Below are positions 56,282 through 64,000 of a DNA stretch of 64,000 nt, in pieces. The notes beneath the pieces were generated by a model. The model did no database searches, had not been told where the DNA came from, and saw nothing but the letters and a program-made list of their open reading frames with translations. Positions within the stretch are counted from its first letter, which is position 1; each line of letters begins with the position of its first letter. The position numbers and the translations under genes were made by a program. Source of the stretch: Gammaproteobacteria bacterium (GTDB lineage Bacteria > Pseudomonadota > Gammaproteobacteria > UWMA-0217); contig JALWKV010000046.1 in assembly GCA_027081275.1 (NCBI GenBank), positions 2,315-66,314 of the forward strand. The letters run 5' to 3'.

Positions 56282-57583
56282 ATGCAGGATACCTCGGCCA
56301 ACATCGTCCACTGGTTCCGCGACGCGGCGCCGTACATCAACCGCCATCGGGAGAAGACCTTTGTCGTCTACTTTTCCGGGGAGGCGATCGACAGCGCGGG
56401 CTTCGACAATCTGATCCACGATCTGGCGATCCTCCATGCGCTGGGGATTCGGCTGGTGCTGGTCCATGGCGCGCGGCCGCAGATCGAGCGGCGGATCCGG
56501 CTGGAGGAGATCACGCCGTGGTTCGCGCACGGGCTGCGCATTACCGACGACCGTTCTCTCAATCCGGTGATCGAGGCGGTCGGACGGCTGCGGGTGATCA
56601 TCGAGGCGCGGTTGTCGCTCAGCCTCGCCAACACGCCGATGTCGGGCAGTCGCATCCGGGTCTGCAGCGGCAATTTCATCACGGCCCGGCCGCTGGGCGT
56701 GCGCAACGGCATCGACTTCCACCACACCGGCGAGGTTCGGCGGGTGCAGACGGACGCGATCGAGGCGCAGCTGGCCTCGGGTCAGTGCGTGCTGCTGTCG
56801 CCGCTCGGCTATTCGCCCACCGGCGAGGTCTTCAACCTCAGCGCCGAGGACGTCGCCACTCGCACGGCCATCGCTCTCGGCGCGGACAAGCTGATCCTGA
56901 TGAACGACCGGGCGCTGCCGGACGGATTTCCTTCCCAGCTGACGCCGGCGCAGATCGACGAGCTGCTGCTCGATCACTCGCCCTCGGGCATGCTGGCCAA
57001 GCACCTGCAGAACGCGCGGGAGGCGATCGAGGCCGGGGTGCAGCGCTGTCATGTCATCGACCATGAACGCGACGGCTCCCTGCTGCTGGAGCTGTTTACC
57101 CGCGATGGCGCCGGTACGCTGGTGTCGGCGGAGGCTTTCGAGGACATCCGCCAAGCGACGATCAACGATGTCGGCGGCATTCTGGAGCTGATCGAGCCGC
57201 TGGAGCGCGACGGCCTGCTGGTGCGGCGGTCGCGCGAGCAGCTGGAGCTGGAGATCGACCATTTCACCGTCATCCAGCGCGACGGCAAGATCATCGCCTG
57301 CGCCGCGCTCTACCCCTACCCCGAGGAGAAGGCGGCGGAGATCGCCTGCGTCGCGGTACACCCCGAATACCGCCAGGACCGGCGCGGCGAGCGGCTGGTG
57401 GAGTATCTGGAAAAGGCGGCGCGGCTGCAGCGGCTGAAGTATCTGTTCGTGCTGTCGACGCAGACGATGCACTGGTTCATGGAGCAGGGTTATCGCCCCG
57501 GCAGCCTGGACGACCTACCATTGGAGCGGGCGGCCCTTTACAATTACCAGCGCCAGTCGAAAATCTTCATCAAGCATTTGTAG
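56282..57583 (+). CDS. argA: Amino-acid N-acetyltransferase
   Basis: WFRDAAPYINRHR, LLLELFTRDG, C-terminal GNAT with YNYQRQSK. Confidence 0.96.
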   Translation: MQDTSANIVHWFRDAAPYINRHREKTFVVYFSGEAIDSAGFDNLIHDLAILHALGIRLVLVHGARPQIERRIRLEEITPWFAHGLRITDDRSLNPVIEAVGRLRVIIEARLSLSLANTPMSGSRIRVCSGNFITARPLGVRNGIDFHHTGEVRRVQTDAIEAQLASGQCVLLSPLGYSPTGEVFNLSAEDVATRTAIALGADKLILMNDRALPDGFPSQLTPAQIDELLLDHSPSGMLAKHLQNAREAIEAGVQRCHVIDHERDGSLLLELFTRDGAGTLVSAEAFEDIRQATINDVGGILELIEPLERDGLLVRRSREQLELEIDHFTVIQRDGKIIACAALYPYPEEKAAEIACVAVHPEYRQDRRGERLVEYLEKAARLQRLKYLFVLSTQTMHWFMEQGYRPGSLDDLPLERAALYNYQRQSKIFIKHL

Positions 57584-57592
57584 CCCTCTCCC

Positions 57593-58354
57593 TTGAACGC
57601 GCCGATCGATTTCATCCAGATCACCGATCTGCATATTGCCGAGCCGCCCCGGCCGCTTCCCGCTTCGACGATGAACACGGAGGACAGCCTGTGGCTGGTG
57701 CTGCGGACCATCGAGCGCGACGAGGCTCCGGCCTTCATGCTCTGCACCGGCGATCTGGCGAACGAGCCGGTGCCGGAGGCCTATGCCCGGCTCCACGAGA
57801 TGATCGGCAACGACGGCTGCCCCATCCACTGCCTGCCGGGAAATCACGATGACCCCGGCATGGCGCGTGACGCCGGCCAGTCCCGGCTGCGCTGGGATGC
57901 CACCGTCGAGGCGGGCAACTGGCTGATCGTGATGCTCGACTCCCATGTGCCGGGCCGTATCGACGGGCGCCTGTCGGACGCCGAACTGAAGCGGCTGGAG
58001 CAGACGCTGGCCCGCCACCCCGACCGTCACGCGCTGGTCTGCCTGCATCACCACCCGGTGCCGATGGAGAGCCGCTGGCTCGACAACCATATTCTGAAAA
58101 ACGCCGATGCATTCTTCGCCGTCATCGACCGCCATCCGCAGGTGCGCGGCATCGTCTGGGGCCATGTGCATCAGGCCTGGGCCGGGCGGCGCAACGGGGT
58201 CGAGCTGATCGGCACGCCTTCCACCTGTTTCCAGTTCCTGCCACGCGCCGATGACTTCGCTTTCGACAGCCTCCCTCCCGCCTACCGGCGCTTTCGCCTC
58301 CACGCCGACGGAAATTTCACTTCCGAGCCGATTTTCTGCGAACTAACTTTGTAA
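57593..58354 (+). CDS. cpdA: 3',5'-cyclic-nucleotide phosphodiesterase (Icc/CpdA)
   Basis: ITDLH, TGDL, PGNHD, HHHP, WGHVHQ, PSTCFQF. Confidence 0.9.
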   Translation: MNAPIDFIQITDLHIAEPPRPLPASTMNTEDSLWLVLRTIERDEAPAFMLCTGDLANEPVPEAYARLHEMIGNDGCPIHCLPGNHDDPGMARDAGQSRLRWDATVEAGNWLIVMLDSHVPGRIDGRLSDAELKRLEQTLARHPDRHALVCLHHHPVPMESRWLDNHILKNADAFFAVIDRHPQVRGIVWGHVHQAWAGRRNGVELIGTPSTCFQFLPRADDFAFDSLPPAYRRFRLHADGNFTSEPIFCELTL

Positions 58355-58495
58355 ATTTGTTGTCACACAATTGGACGCGCAAAACAGTTAGGGAACCTGT
58401 TTGTCCATCCGACCATGGTCGCCGCCTTCCCCCAAGCGGCCTCATGGTTCGCGTCCGCCCCACTGCGAAACAAGAAGACAACAAGAGGCTGCATC

Positions 58496-59320
58496 GTGGA
58501 ACTATCAGAACAACTCCGGGCCTATCTGGCCCAACCCAACCCGGATCTGCTGGAAGCGTCACTGCTCGTGGCCCGGCATGCCCAGCCATCACTGGTCACG
58601 GCACGGTATACCGGCTGCGTCAACGCCTGGGCCATCGATCTGGCCGAGCGGCTGGACGGACTCAAGGACGAGCGCGCAAAACTCAAGCGAATCAATGACT
58701 TCATTTTTCGCGAGCTGGGTTTCTCCGGCAATCACGAGGACTACTACGACCCGCGCAACAACATGATCAACCACGTCATCGAGCGCCGCAAGGGCATACC
58801 GATTACGATGGCGGTGCTCTACATCACGCTGGCGCAGCGGGTCGGACTGCAGGTGGAAGGCGCATCGTTTCCCGGCCACTTTCTCGTAAAGATGAACCTG
58901 GACGAGGGGCTGGTCGTGCTCGACCCCTTCAACAAGGGCGTGAGCCTCGGCGAGGACGATCTCAAGACCCTGCTCGAATACAACAATCTCGACTCCGACA
59001 CCAAAATGCTGTCGGCCTCGCTGCGCACGGCGACGCTCGAAGAGACGATCCTGCGCATGTTGCGCAACCTCAAGGCCGTCTATATCAAGGACAGGCAACA
59101 GGAGGCGGCGCTGGAGACGCTCAACCTGATGCTCAGCATCAACCCCGAACTGGTAGAGGAGCGACGCGAACGCGGCCTGCTGTTGCGCGACATGGGCTGC
59201 AACCACACCGCGCTGCTGGATCTGAACAGCTACATGGAGCGCTCGAAAAAGGAGGATCGCATCGCCGAGATCCGCCCGCTGGTAGTCGAACTGCTGCGCA
59301 ACACGCCGCCGCTGCACTGA
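58496..59320 (+). CDS. SirB1/transglutaminase-like TPR protein
   Basis: GFSGNHEDYYDPRN, RKGIPI, FPGHFL, RMLRNLK. Confidence 0.88.
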   Translation: MELSEQLRAYLAQPNPDLLEASLLVARHAQPSLVTARYTGCVNAWAIDLAERLDGLKDERAKLKRINDFIFRELGFSGNHEDYYDPRNNMINHVIERRKGIPITMAVLYITLAQRVGLQVEGASFPGHFLVKMNLDEGLVVLDPFNKGVSLGEDDLKTLLEYNNLDSDTKMLSASLRTATLEETILRMLRNLKAVYIKDRQQEAALETLNLMLSINPELVEERRERGLLLRDMGCNHTALLDLNSYMERSKKEDRIAEIRPLVVELLRNTPPLH

Positions 59321-59373
59321 CAGGCGCGTGGGTGATATGCTCCGGCACCTCTTCGGTCTGGAGCACAACCCCG

Positions 59374-60363
59374 ATGGATCAGCGTCTGGAAGAACTGAAG
59401 CAGTGGCTGGCCACGCTGCCGTGGCTGGGCCGTTTCGACATTGCGCCGGCATCAGCCGACGCCAGCTTTCGCCGCTATTTCCGCGTCAGCCGCGCCGACG
59501 GCGGCACGCTGATCGCGATGGATGCGCCGCCGGAGCACGAAGATTGCGCCCCCTTCATCGACGTGACGCAACGACTCGAGCACGCCGCCCTGCGGGTGCC
59601 GCACATCCATGCCCGCAACGATGCCGCCGGTTTTCTGCTGCTCGACGACCTTGGCGCCACCGACTATCTGCGGCGGCTGTCGCCCGAATCGGCCGACAGC
59701 CTCTACGGCGCCGCCATCGACGCGCTGCATCGGCTCCAGAACGCCGAAACGGCGGGCCTGCCGGACTATGACGAAGCCCTGCTGACAGCAGAGCTGACCC
59801 TGTTCACCGACTGGTTTCTGGACCGCCACCTCGGCATTCGCCTCGATGCCGCCCGGCAGGTCACCATCGCCACCGTTTTTCGCCACCTCATCGACAACGC
59901 GCTGGCGCAACCGCGGGTTTTCGTCCATCGAGACTACCACTCGCGCAACCTGATGGTCGGCGACGACGGCGAGCCCGGCATCATCGACTATCAGGACGCA
60001 GTGCGCGGGCCGATCAGCTACGACCTTGTCTCGCTGCTGCGCGACTGCTATATCGCCTGGCCGGAGGCGCGCGTCGAAGGGTGGATGCGGGCTTTCACCG
60101 ACGAGGCCGTGGCGCGCGGGCGGATGACGGCAACCGAAGCGGCGCGGTTTCCGCGCTGGTTCGATCTGATGGGGGTTCAGCGACACCTCAAGGCCATCGG
60201 CATCTTCGCCCGGCTCAACCACCGCGACGGCAAGCCGGGCTACCTGGGCGACATCCCGCGCACGCTCGACTACGTGCTGCGCGTCGGCGCGCGCCATGAC
60301 GAGACGCGGCCGCTGACCGAACTCTTGCGGACACTCGGCGTGGCCGAACGGGTCGCCCCATGA
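59374..60363 (+). CDS. amgK: N-acetylmuramate/GlcNAc anomeric kinase
   Basis: ASADASFRRYFR, HRDYHSRNLM, YDLVSLLRD; adjacent murU. Confidence 0.92.
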   Translation: MDQRLEELKQWLATLPWLGRFDIAPASADASFRRYFRVSRADGGTLIAMDAPPEHEDCAPFIDVTQRLEHAALRVPHIHARNDAAGFLLLDDLGATDYLRRLSPESADSLYGAAIDALHRLQNAETAGLPDYDEALLTAELTLFTDWFLDRHLGIRLDAARQVTIATVFRHLIDNALAQPRVFVHRDYHSRNLMVGDDGEPGIIDYQDAVRGPISYDLVSLLRDCYIAWPEARVEGWMRAFTDEAVARGRMTATEAARFPRWFDLMGVQRHLKAIGIFARLNHRDGKPGYLGDIPRTLDYVLRVGARHDETRPLTELLRTLGVAERVAP

Positions 60364-61028
60364 AAGCGATGATCCTGGCCGCGGGGCGCGGCGAGCGCAT
60401 GCGTCCCCTGACCGACCGGCGACCCAAACCGCTGCTGCCGGTGCTCGGCAAGCCTCTGATCGAGTACCACATCGAGCGGCTGCGCGGGGCCGGTTATCGC
60501 GACATCGTCATCAACCTCCACCATCTTGGCGAGCAGATCCGCGCCCATCTTGGCGACGGCAGCCGCTTCGGCGTCGAGATCCGCTATTCGGAGGAGCAGC
60601 CACAACGGCTGGAGACGGGTGGCGGCATCTTCAAGGCACTGCCGCTGCTGGGCGACAGCCCCTTTCTCGTCATCAACGGCGACATCTGGAGCGACTGCGA
60701 TCTGAGTCCACGCAGACTGGACGACAAGGCGCTGGCGCATCTGGTGCTCGTCCCCAATCCGGAACACAACCGGGGGGGCGACTTCGGGCTGGAAAACGGA
60801 TGGGTGAGCAATACGCCGCGCAGTCACACCTTCAGCGGGATCGGCTGGTACCGGGCGACGTTGTTTGCCGATTGCAGTGGCGGCGCGTTTCCGCTGGCGC
60901 CCCTGCTGCGCAAGGCCGCCGATCAGCAGCAGGTCAGCGGTGAAATCTGCACGGAAAAATGGATGGACATCGGCACGCCCGAGCGGCTCGACGAGATCGC
61001 CAGGTGGCTGGCCTCAACCAACAGCTGA
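60360..61028 (+). CDS. murU: N-acetylmuramate 1-phosphate uridylyltransferase
   Basis: MKAMILAAGRGERMRPLT..PKPL, LETGGG, WMDIGTPERL. Confidence 0.92.
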   Translation: MKAMILAAGRGERMRPLTDRRPKPLLPVLGKPLIEYHIERLRGAGYRDIVINLHHLGEQIRAHLGDGSRFGVEIRYSEEQPQRLETGGGIFKALPLLGDSPFLVINGDIWSDCDLSPRRLDDKALAHLVLVPNPEHNRGGDFGLENGWVSNTPRSHTFSGIGWYRATLFADCSGGAFPLAPLLRKAADQQQVSGEICTEKWMDIGTPERLDEIARWLASTNS

Positions 61029-61043
61029 CACCCCATTTGCGTC

Positions 61044-61832
61044 TCAATCGTGCTGCGCGGTCGGCGCGCCGTTGGAGAAGCGTTTCCAGCGATACCAGTA
61101 GTAACCGAACAGCTCATGCAGCGCGGTATAGCTCTGCGCCAGCGCGCGCGGCTGCGGCAGCCAGTTCCAGTAGGCACCCTTCATGGGAGGCTGCGCATCC
61201 CAGCCGGTCGGCGCCGGCAACGGCTTGATGCCGAAGTACATGAAACTTTCGATGGCCCGCGCCATGTGCCAGTAGTTGGTGACGAGCAGCGGCTGACGGT
61301 AGTTCTTGAGCAGCGGCGCGGTGAACTTCGCGTTCTCGAAGGTGTTGCTCGCCCGCCCCTCGACCGTGACATTGCTCACCCCGAGCACCTTGCGCAGAAA
61401 ATCGGCGCCGGCATGGCGGTGGTCGCGTCGCTCGTTGCGGGTTCGGGCCTCGCTGACGATGACGGGCAGGCCCGACTGTTTCGCAAGCCAGCCGGCATAG
61501 ACCAGGCGCTGCAACATGCCCGGACCCGGCTGTCCATCCATGCCGTATTCCCGCCCACCCGGAAAATGGCCGCCACCGAGCACGACGATGACATCGGCTT
61601 CCGGCGGCAGCTTCTCCAGCGCGGGGAAGTCATCCTGGAATCCGTCGATCAGCCGCTGGCTGATGGCCGGCACGCTGAGCAGATAGGTCACCAGCAGCAC
61701 AAGCGAGAAAAGGCGCGAGAAGATGCGCGGGCGGATCGTCACCAGCATGCCGATCAGCAGGCCAACCCAGATGATCAGCGCCGGCGGCAACACCAGCACT
61801 TCGACAATCCGCATGATCTCGTTTTCCGTCAT
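61044..61832 (-). CDS. YdcF/ElyC (DUF218) family membrane protein
   Basis: [30 protein letters not shown]. Confidence 0.85.
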   Translation of the reverse strand: MTENEIMRIVEVLVLPPALIIWVGLLIGMLVTIRPRIFSRLFSLVLLVTYLLSVPAISQRLIDGFQDDFPALEKLPPEADVIVVLGGGHFPGGREYGMDGQPGPGMLQRLVYAGWLAKQSGLPVIVSEARTRNERRDHRHAGADFLRKVLGVSNVTVEGRASNTFENAKFTAPLLKNYRQPLLVTNYWHMARAIESFMYFGIKPLPAPTGWDAQPPMKGAYWNWLPQPRALAQSYTALHELFGYYWYRWKRFSNGAPTAQHD

Positions 61833-62788
61833 CTGTCCAGGCTCCCGGCCGCCTGCTGGTCGGCGTGATAGGAAGAGCGCACCATCGGCCCGCTCGCCAC
61901 ATGGCGAAATCCCATTTCGTAGCCCACCTCCGCCAGGCGCTCGAATTCCCCGGGATCGACATAACGGCTCACCGGCAGGTGATGCCGCGTCGGTTGCAGA
62001 TATTGCCCCAGCGTCAGCATCTCGCAATCGTGGGCGCGCAGATCGGCCATCACCTCGACCACTTCATCGATCTCTTCCCCCAGACCGAGCATCAGTCCAG
62101 ATTTGGTGGGGACGCCGGGATGCCGCTGCTTGAACGCCTTGAGCAGTTCGAGCGACCACTGATAGTCGGCCCCGGGACGCGCCTGGCGATACAGCCGGGG
62201 CACGGTCTCGAGGTTGTGATTGAAGACATCGGGCGGCGCCGCATCGAAAATGCCGAGCGCCACCTCCATGCGACCGCGAAAATCGGGCACCAGCACCTCG
62301 ATGCCGGTATCGGGATTGTGCTGCCGCACGGCCTGGATGCAGGCAACGAAATGACCCGCGCCGCCGTCGCGCAGATCATCGCGATCGACCGAGGTGATGA
62401 CGACGTAACGCAGCTTCATCTCGGCGATGGTCCGCGCCAGATGCAACGGCTCGTTCTCGTCGAGCGGCTCGGGACGCCCGTGGGAGACGTCGCAGAAGGG
62501 GCAGCGCCGGGTGCAGATGTCGCCCATGATCATGAACGTGGCCGTGCCGTGGCTGAAGCATTCGTTCAGATTGGGGCAGGTCGCCTCTTCGCAGACCGTA
62601 TGCAGCCGGTTGGCCCGCAGGGTCTTTTTCAGCGCATCGACCCGCCGCCCCACCGGCGCCTTGACGCGGATCCACGGCGGCTTGCGCATTGGGCGCTCGG
62701 TCGGCGCGATCTTCACCGGAATGCGCGCCACCTTGTCGGCGCCGCGCTGACGCTCACCGACCTTCACTCTCTCTTTGTTCGTCGTCAT
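61829..62788 (-). CDS. lipA: Lipoyl synthase
   Basis: [27 protein letters not shown]. Confidence 0.97.
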   Translation of the reverse strand: MTTNKERVKVGERQRGADKVARIPVKIAPTERPMRKPPWIRVKAPVGRRVDALKKTLRANRLHTVCEEATCPNLNECFSHGTATFMIMGDICTRRCPFCDVSHGRPEPLDENEPLHLARTIAEMKLRYVVITSVDRDDLRDGGAGHFVACIQAVRQHNPDTGIEVLVPDFRGRMEVALGIFDAAPPDVFNHNLETVPRLYRQARPGADYQWSLELLKAFKQRHPGVPTKSGLMLGLGEEIDEVVEVMADLRAHDCEMLTLGQYLQPTRHHLPVSRYVDPGEFERLAEVGYEMGFRHVASGPMVRSSYHADQQAAGSLDR

Positions 62789-63017
62789 GGAGCCGGATTG
62801 TACACCCGAAGTGGACGATGGCGACGCCGGATCGGCACATCTACCTATTTCGTGATATTGGAAAGGCCGCGACTGTTCGGCTACCATCGGGCGTTAATCC
62901 GGGTTTCGGCCGAGGCATCCGCCTCATCGCAACCACATGATTTGAAAGCGATTTGCTGTCCGACACCCGCACGACACACAGGCTTCTCAACCATCAAGAA
63001 CTGAAAGGTACTAGATT

Positions 63018-63341
63018 ATGTCGCTGCTTGACTCAGTTGAAAGAACAGAAAACGGCTACTTGGTCAACGCCAACGAGTGGACCGAAGAGATCGCCGCAGA
63101 GCTGTTTGCGGAAGAAGGCATCGAGCCCACCGAGAAGCACTGGGATATCGTTCGTTATGTCCGCGAAAAGACGCTGGAAGGCAATGAGCCCAACGAGCGT
63201 GAAATCCTCAAGGCCATGCAGAAGAAATGGGGCTACAAGCCTACCAAGAAAGAGATGTACGAAATGTTCCCGCTGATGCCTTCCAAACAGGGCCTGAAGA
63301 TCGGCGGCTGTCCGCAGAGCACACGCAAGGGCGGTTATTGA
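63018..63341 (+). CDS. DsrC/TusE-family protein lacking the C-terminal Cys
   Basis: GYLVNANEW, HWDIVRYVR, MYEMFP..PSKQGLKIGG; ends KGGY. Confidence 0.8.
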   Translation: MSLLDSVERTENGYLVNANEWTEEIAAELFAEEGIEPTEKHWDIVRYVREKTLEGNEPNEREILKAMQKKWGYKPTKKEMYEMFPLMPSKQGLKIGGCPQSTRKGGY

Positions 63342-63394
63342 TTTCTCTGCGTCGATAATCCCGAGCGGCGCCCCATGTGGCGCCGCTTTTCGTT

Positions 63395-63952
63395 TCAGGG
63401 AGCGATCCCCTTCACGACGGCATAGCGGAACAAGGCCGTCAGACTCATCGCGTCGGTGATCTCGCCCGCCATCGCCATCCGTATCGCCTCCTCGACCGGA
63501 AGCTTGCGCACGACGATGTCCTCGGTCTCCTCGAACATCGTCTCCCCCTCCTCCAGCCCCGTCGCCAGATAGACGAACCCTTCCTCGTCGGTCACGGAGT
63601 TGGAGAGGTGCATGGTGCAGAACAGCTCGAAGCGCCGCGCCGACAGACCCGTCTCCTCCTTCAGCTCCCGCCGCGCCGTCTCCAGCGGATCTTCGCCGGC
63701 CGGCGAACCGCCTTCGGGAATTTCCCACGACCAGGCATCGAGCGCGTAACGATGCTGTCCCACCAGCCAGGTATTGCCGTGATCGTCGAGCGGCAGAATG
63801 CCCACCGCCTGATTGTGGAAACAGACCTTGCCGTATATGCACGGCTTGCCGGCGGGATTGATGGCGTCATGCTCTTCGAGCCGCACCCAGGGATTGTCGT
63901 AGATGACCCTGATTTCCCGCGTCTGCCACGGATTGTTGCGCTTCTGACTCAC
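63395..63952 (-). CDS. NUDIX hydrolase
   Basis: Nudix box GGSPAGEDPLETARRELKEETGL. Confidence 0.92.
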   Translation of the reverse strand: MSQKRNNPWQTREIRVIYDNPWVRLEEHDAINPAGKPCIYGKVCFHNQAVGILPLDDHGNTWLVGQHRYALDAWSWEIPEGGSPAGEDPLETARRELKEETGLSARRFELFCTMHLSNSVTDEEGFVYLATGLEEGETMFEETEDIVVRKLPVEEAIRMAMAGEITDAMSLTALFRYAVVKGIAP

Positions 63953-64000
63953 TGGACGATCGCTCTTTTTCGGGACGAGCGGCCATTCTAATGCAAAATC

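Noticed and set aside
1..64000. tRNA, rRNA, transposase, integrase or prophage genes
   Set aside because: None recognised by eye; a covariance or HMM search could still find small RNAs.

Overview
GC-rich bacterial chromosome segment, most likely a gammaproteobacterium (fabA-fabB, exeA-exeB, two-domain argA, amgK-murU). A sulfur-oxidising lifestyle is possible but only inferred, from a DsrC/TusE-family gene and a sulfur-globule-like secreted protein. Most genes are housekeeping: pstCAB-phoU-phoBR, rluA-like, sbcD, gst, fumA, a TetR-MMPL-LolA-like-OMP cassette, ung, dnaE, rnhB, gnnA-gnnB-lpxB, argA, cpdA and lipA. There is also a compact cellulose operon (fused bcsAB, bcsZ, bcsC) and a GAPOR-like tungstopterin oxidoreductase. 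No transposase, integrase, tRNA, rRNA or CRISPR array was seen, yet the intergenic space holds many non-autonomous structured repeats from at least four families, some nested. The most unusual observations are: (1) an mscS gene split by a 77-bp hairpin element flanked by TT/TT, whose precise removal restores the reading frame and whose ends resemble a recombination site; (2) a MITE that supplies the start codon of dnaE; (3) SdhE fused in frame to a DUF6883-like putative toxin, followed by DUF4926; (4) an archaeal-type GAPOR homolog; (5) a MITE family with a flip/flop terminal hairpin and a compensatory base change. All family assignments come from motif recognition by eye, not database searches.
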